Of a stretch of 64,000 nt of DNA, positions 59,015 to 64,000 are shown piece by piece. The notes under the pieces were generated by a model, which did no database searches, was not told the DNA's origin, and worked only from the letters and a program-made list of their open reading frames with translations. This DNA comes from an uncultured virus (IMG/VR IMGVR_UViG_2061766007_000275) (Duplodnaviria > Heunggongvirae > Uroviricota > Caudoviricetes), in IMG/VR virus record IMGVR_UViG_2061766007_000275; one strand, 5' to 3'. Each line of letters opens with the position of its first letter. Position 1 is the first letter of the stretch. A program made the translations under genes and the position numbers.

Positions 59015-62000
59015 TTCTTAATTCTCCTTTTAATTCATTTATTTGTTGTTGAAGATCTTGTACGGTTAATACTAAAGCCGCAACAAAATCATCATAATTT
59101 AATCCATACCCATAGTCTACAACTTTTCCATTCATAACTATAGGTTTCTTTTTTAAACCTCCGAAATCTTGATTTTCTAAACCGACATCTTCTAGAACAT
59201 CTTCTACCTCTTGAGCAATAAAGCCTGTTCTATATTCATTTTCTCTAGTTTTAAAATATTTATATTTCTTTGGTTTTAAATTCATAATTAAATCAACATA
59301 TCTTTTATCCATCTCTTGAATATTGTCTTTTTCTCTTCTGTCTGATACTTGAATAGTATCATAAGTAACTACATGTCTCCATGCGGCAATGCCATCACCT
59401 TCCTCATAGTAGCTACCAAGAGAAACCATATTATTAAGATAAGGTCTTAAGTTACCAAATTCAGATACATATACCGCTCCACCGAGGTCTCCGCCAGTTG
59501 CTTCTGCGGCGTTACCTGTATCTAGCACTTCGTTACCATTGATATAAACTTTATAATCTCTGCCTGGATATGGATCTAATTCCTCATCCCATAAGTTTTG
59601 ACGATCAGCCCACTTATAAGCATTAATACCTATACCTGGAGTATTTTTCTTTCCTCCAGCTTTATTAGACATATACATCCAACCATATTGGGTTTCTAAT
59701 TTCAAATATCCATAAGTATCATCTCTTACAGCATCCGGATATTTACTACTATCAGAAGGACGAGTAACATGTAAGCTTAATCCATGCCCAGCCCAAATAT
59801 TAGCATTATATGCTGATTTAATACTAACAGATGCATTAGTAACTCTATCTTCACCATCTCCGGTAGGCTCATGTCCAGACTGAATTCCGCTCTCAAGATA
59901 TAAAGCATTACCAGACTTAAAAGCTACATTCCAACCATTATCTGTTTGATCTATACCTTGTTTCATCTTTAAATAAGATGAAGTTTGTAAACATTGTAAT
60001 ATAATACCATCATCACCAAATTCTGCAATAGCATTTGTTTTTCCTGATGATACAGCAGAAGAGTCTGGATCTGTATCTGAGTCAAACAATACTAATTTTC
60101 TATGTCCAGAACTAGGTATTTGTGCATCTGGATAAGGATATGTACCAGTACTACCTACATCAATCAATAGTCCAAATTGATCTAGTTTATAATATAATGA
60201 ATTATTAGTACCTCTATGCAATTCCATTGATAGAGCTTTTAACTTACCATCTGGCCCTATCTCAAAATTACCACTACCAAATTTAATACTAGGGGTAGTT
60301 AAATCTATTAACATACCGGTTCCCGCCATTACGCTATAGTTACCGCCATAAATCAGCGCGGTTTCCTGGGTGGGATCTATAACTATCTGGCCTTTATTTG
60401 CAGAACCGAATTTCGCAAGACCTGTGTTAGCGTCAACAAAAACTGTTCTAGTTCCATGTCCATATGCTAATAGTCCAACTTCATCATTATCATTAGCCAT
60501 ATGAACTTTTCCTAGTAAAACTCCGGTAAAACTATTATCGCTTTCTTTTATACCAGCACCTATCTGTGGAGCGTAGATATATCCATCTTCTTCATCATTA
60601 ATTTGAATATGAGTGCCATCCCATGCATTTAATGCAGCAAGTCCATAACGATTAATGGTGAAAGCAATAGGACAATAGACAACAAAGTTTCCTTGACTTC
60701 CTGTTCCAGTAAATATTACTGCATTATTTACATCTAATCCTGTATAATGATCACTTGGATATATAATATTATTACTATCAAATAAACTTTCTCCAAAAAG
60801 TTCATGTGAAACTTCATATCCTTGCGGATAGTTGATATCAAAATTTTTATTCCAGGTATATTGTGGATTATCTCCATCATTATTATATAATACCTGAACA
60901 AAACCTACATAACTATCATTATATTTATTTAATGATATATCTGCACTATCTATACGAGCATCATAAGTTTTTATTACTCCAATAGGTAAAAATGCAAATA
61001 ATGTTTTACCATCTTGTGCGGCGATGCTTATAGTCGCTTTTAAGATATTATTAAATGGCTGTTCTACGGATTGAGGGAAGCCCGCATAACTAAACTGGCC
61101 TCCCGCAGTAATACTATAAAATGAATTATTAGTTTCTCCACTAATTGACCAAGCTATATTTACTTGTATAGTTTCATCTATTGTAGTACCACTTTGGTAA
61201 TTATCAAATATTCTTTCTGAATTTCTATAAACTTCTACCTTAAAAGGATATTGTATATTTTCAGGTGTAAAGTTAAATGACCAATTTCCATTACTTAATT
61301 CTTTAATAAAGACGCGGTTCTCGGTAAAAAGAGCGGTAGATCTAGGTACTATTCTACAACTATACTGAGTACCATTAGTTCCTATATCTCCTTCTTTAGT
61401 AAAGAAGAAAGCTGTATATGCTATATACGTATTACCATTATATTCAACTGTTAATTTAATCTGATTTGTTGTTAAAGTATAATCAAATTCTTGCTTAATT
61501 GAGAAAGGTAAAACATCTAACTGTTCATATATATAATAATCATCTTCTTCTGATGTAGGAGTAACTATTGTTTCCAACATAGAAATATTTGTTTTAGGAA
61601 AATACCATTTAACAACTGATGTAGATAATACTGTTTCAGTTGATATTTGTTGTCCTAAATTATCAAAAAATTCTAATTCAAGCTGTTGTAATAACTGTTT
61701 AGGCTCTTTTTCTTCTGATATAGGAGATTGACCATTGACGTCATATTTAAACATTTGGTCTCCATTTCTTATACCTAGCTGATAAGTGCCTGCCGCAGTA
61801 GTATCTTGATTATATAATATAATCTCTCCTGTGCCTATATAATCTGGACCATTATATACAGTACATATATATTTAGTGAAACGAACAATGCTTATAGCTT
61901 CTATAACATCAGAAGTTTGTCCCCAATTATATGTATTAAACACTTGAGTATTAGAATATGATGCCCAATGATAAGAAGGCGCGGACAAAGGTGGTAAAAC

Positions 62001-63314
62001 CCCAGTGTTAACTTCACATGATAGCTGGGTATCCCCGCTATCTTTGTAAAATACAGTTCCGTTTAATGACTCAATATTGATAACATAACCACTAGCTCTA
62101 TTTTCAACTGTAATTGAATTATCGAGAATTAAATCATTATAAATAGCTATACATCTATAAGTCTGTTGTCGTGCAGCTACTTGACTTACTTGAATATCTA
62201 AAATATTAGTAGCACTATTCCAAACTTTTTTACCATTATCATTATATGAACTATTTAAACATTTCCAACCTTGTGTATCTATTGAAGGTAAAGAACATAA
62301 ATCATCTTCATATAATGAGCCTCTATAAACTCTAGCATCTTGTTTAAACCAATAATATTTAATACCATCATCATTTATTATCACACCATCTAATCTAATT
62401 TTAGCTAATAAAGAAATTAAATTTGGTGTAGGTTGTCCATACTGATTGGCGAAAAATATTGAACCATTCGGCGTTTCAAATGAGAGATATCCGCCGACCA
62501 TCTGGCTTTCCGCAAGTTCTTTTTGTGCGGTAATGCTAAAATTCTTCATCCATACATCAATAGGTGGATTAGCTTTAGTAGAATAATTTTCTACAAAAGC
62601 ATCTATTGATATAATCTCACCAAAATGCTCTACATCTAGTGGTAAAATAATAGATTGTGTGATATAATTCTCATATAGATTAGGATTACCTAACATATCA
62701 GTAGATTTTAAAATATAGGTTCTAGCTTGTGTAGAATTAGGAATACTAACAACAATTCTAAAACCATATTCTCCTAATGTTTGTCGATTATCAATATTAC
62801 TTTTAACATCAACTTGTAATTTAATATGAGAATTTTGTTTTATATATTCTTCTACTTTTGTAGTATTTAATTCTAATAAATTGTATAATGGATAATATTT
62901 AGTTCCTTCCCACGTTGACATTTCTACTTCAATAGAAGGATTATCTAAAACATTATCTCCAATAGCATCATAATAATTTCTTTGTGTAATATTGCTGGCG
63001 TAATTTTCACCAAGCTTTTCTACTGTGCCAATAATAGTCTTAATAGCATCCCAATCATTCCCAGGTATCAATATATATACAAGAGTATCTTCAGTATAAG
63101 TTACATCAGGTTGCGGGCTGTACGCTAAAAATTTACTATCTTGATATTTACATTGATATTCACCTTTTGCGGAATTAGTGCAAGATATTATTGTAGCTTG
63201 AATAGTTTTATCAAATTTAGCTTTAGCTATATAGCGATCTACTATAATTTCAACAGCATCTAATACTGAATTAGCAAAATCACTTGATGAATGATTTAAC
63301 ATACTATCTTCCAT
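58989..63314 (-). CDS. tail spike/central fibre with C-terminal intramolecular chaperone (Peptidase_S74)
   Basis: SDRREKDNI...LKP..Y....GFIAQEV...LNY..F...L...Q.L; start after AGGAG SD at 63314. Confidence 0.85.
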   Translation of the reverse strand: MEDSMLNHSSSDFANSVLDAVEIIVDRYIAKAKFDKTIQATIISCTNSAKGEYQCKYQDSKFLAYSPQPDVTYTEDTLVYILIPGNDWDAIKTIIGTVEKLGENYASNITQRNYYDAIGDNVLDNPSIEVEMSTWEGTKYYPLYNLLELNTTKVEEYIKQNSHIKLQVDVKSNIDNRQTLGEYGFRIVVSIPNSTQARTYILKSTDMLGNPNLYENYITQSIILPLDVEHFGEIISIDAFVENYSTKANPPIDVWMKNFSITAQKELAESQMVGGYLSFETPNGSIFFANQYGQPTPNLISLLAKIRLDGVIINDDGIKYYWFKQDARVYRGSLYEDDLCSLPSIDTQGWKCLNSSYNDNGKKVWNSATNILDIQVSQVAARQQTYRCIAIYNDLILDNSITVENRASGYVINIESLNGTVFYKDSGDTQLSCEVNTGVLPPLSAPSYHWASYSNTQVFNTYNWGQTSDVIEAISIVRFTKYICTVYNGPDYIGTGEIILYNQDTTAAGTYQLGIRNGDQMFKYDVNGQSPISEEKEPKQLLQQLELEFFDNLGQQISTETVLSTSVVKWYFPKTNISMLETIVTPTSEEDDYYIYEQLDVLPFSIKQEFDYTLTTNQIKLTVEYNGNTYIAYTAFFFTKEGDIGTNGTQYSCRIVPRSTALFTENRVFIKELSNGNWSFNFTPENIQYPFKVEVYRNSERIFDNYQSGTTIDETIQVNIAWSISGETNNSFYSITAGGQFSYAGFPQSVEQPFNNILKATISIAAQDGKTLFAFLPIGVIKTYDARIDSADISLNKYNDSYVGFVQVLYNNDGDNPQYTWNKNFDINYPQGYEVSHELFGESLFDSNNIIYPSDHYTGLDVNNAVIFTGTGSQGNFVVYCPIAFTINRYGLAALNAWDGTHIQINDEEDGYIYAPQIGAGIKESDNSFTGVLLGKVHMANDNDEVGLLAYGHGTRTVFVDANTGLAKFGSANKGQIVIDPTQETALIYGGNYSVMAGTGMLIDLTTPSIKFGSGNFEIGPDGKLKALSMELHRGTNNSLYYKLDQFGLLIDVGSTGTYPYPDAQIPSSGHRKLVLFDSDTDPDSSAVSSGKTNAIAEFGDDGIILQCLQTSSYLKMKQGIDQTDNGWNVAFKSGNALYLESGIQSGHEPTGDGEDRVTNASVSIKSAYNANIWAGHGLSLHVTRPSDSSKYPDAVRDDTYGYLKLETQYGWMYMSNKAGGKKNTPGIGINAYKWADRQNLWDEELDPYPGRDYKVYINGNEVLDTGNAAEATGGDLGGAVYVSEFGNLRPYLNNMVSLGSYYEEGDGIAAWRHVVTYDTIQVSDRREKDNIQEMDKRYVDLIMNLKPKKYKYFKTRENEYRTGFIAQEVEDVLEDVGLENQDFGGLKKKPIVMNGKVVDYGYGLNYDDFVAALVLTVQDLQQQINELKGELRNGTRTVKK

Positions 63315-63400
63315 TATTCCTCTCCTTTTCTTTCTTTTATTATAAACTAATTTTTTTATAAAGTCAAGAAGGTGCGCGAGGCACCTTCCTGACATTTATA

Positions 63401-64000
63401 TCAATATTTTTTAGTAAAGGCTCTTTGAGATGCCATATTAACTAAGCTATCAAAGGCAGCTTTGATTTCATCACGATCGGTTGCATCAGGGAAGTCTGCA
63501 TTAATTGTGATATTTTGATTAAGTGGTGCGGCCTGACCATCTGGAGCCATACCACCATTATTTAACCTTTGTTGCATAGCGAAGAATGTATCAAACATAT
63601 TTGACTCTAATCTACCTACATCTATTTGTCTTATCATATCTACCATCTGTAACATATTCTTGGTATCATCTTTGTTTAGGACTAGTTCTTTCTCATGGAG
63701 CATAGCTAATTTTCCCTGATCGCCCCATGCGCCGGTATATCCACCTGTGTCAAAAGCTGTTTTATTCCTATAATCAGCAACTGACCAACTATCTCCCTGA
63801 ATATTTAAACTAACTATATTTTTAATATGTTTATCATTTTTTATTTCATCTAAAGAACGTTCTTTTAATTCAAAATCTATTCCTTGTTCTCTAAATGTAT
63901 CAACTTGAAAATACTTTTCTGCAACTTTTAAATCTTTTGTTGCAACAGCGTCTTCAAAAAGAGGCATACCAGATCTTCTATCTATCATAATAAAATATTT
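63401..64000 (-). CDS. C-terminus of probable tape-measure protein (partial)
   Basis: FDTGGYTG.WG...AMLHEKELVLN..DT; QNITINADFP. Confidence 0.75.
   Translation of the reverse strand, partial: KYFIMIDRRSGMPLFEDAVATKDLKVAEKYFQVDTFREQGIDFELKERSLDEIKNDKHIKNIVSLNIQGDSWSVADYRNKTAFDTGGYTGAWGDQGKLAMLHEKELVLNKDDTKNMLQMVDMIRQIDVGRLESNMFDTFFAMQQRLNNGGMAPDGQAAPLNQNITINADFPDATDRDEIKAAFDSLVNMASQRAFTKKY

Overview
64-kb segment of a large, AT-rich tailed phage genome. The host is probably a Firmicute, inferred from SigA-type promoters, strong Shine-Dalgarno sites, and HPr-like and SleB-like genes. The standard genetic code fits throughout. Layout: (1) 1-11.3 kb, + strand early/host-takeover-type region of small genes divided by ten copies of a fixed-geometry intergenic module (terminator, a GC-rich hairpin exactly 27 nt long with covarying stems, 9-bp TCWGACAAT repeats, promoter), plus two tRNA-Ala/tmRNA-like mini-RNAs. 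(2) 11.3-12.4 kb, non-coding, iteron-rich convergence zone (candidate origin or terminus). (3) 12.4-23.4 kb, - strand accessory genes (metallophosphoesterases, polynucleotide kinase, macrodomain, Pth2, PnuC-like, tRNA-Ser, tRNA-Ile). (4) 23.6-39.5 kb, + strand: kinase-like gene, Rnl2-type RNA ligase, homing endonuclease, then a ~7.7-kb RNA island with 17 tRNAs, a DUF2828 (TROVE/Ro60-like + vWA) gene and many structured RNAs. (5) 39.6-64 kb, - strand tail module (LRR/BspA-like receptor-binding proteins, holin-like gene, S74-chaperone tail protein, end of tape measure). The best candidate for an undescribed system is a family of 7-8 small RNAs sharing a covarying stem plus an ANRCAGCAA bulge. 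They carry tRNA parts (Lys and Pro anticodon stem-loops, a whole tRNA-like body, or a circularly permuted insertion inside a tRNA) and surround the Ro60-like gene, suggesting a Y-RNA-like tRNA decoy/repair RNP. All protein family calls are from motif recognition by eye; no database searches were run.
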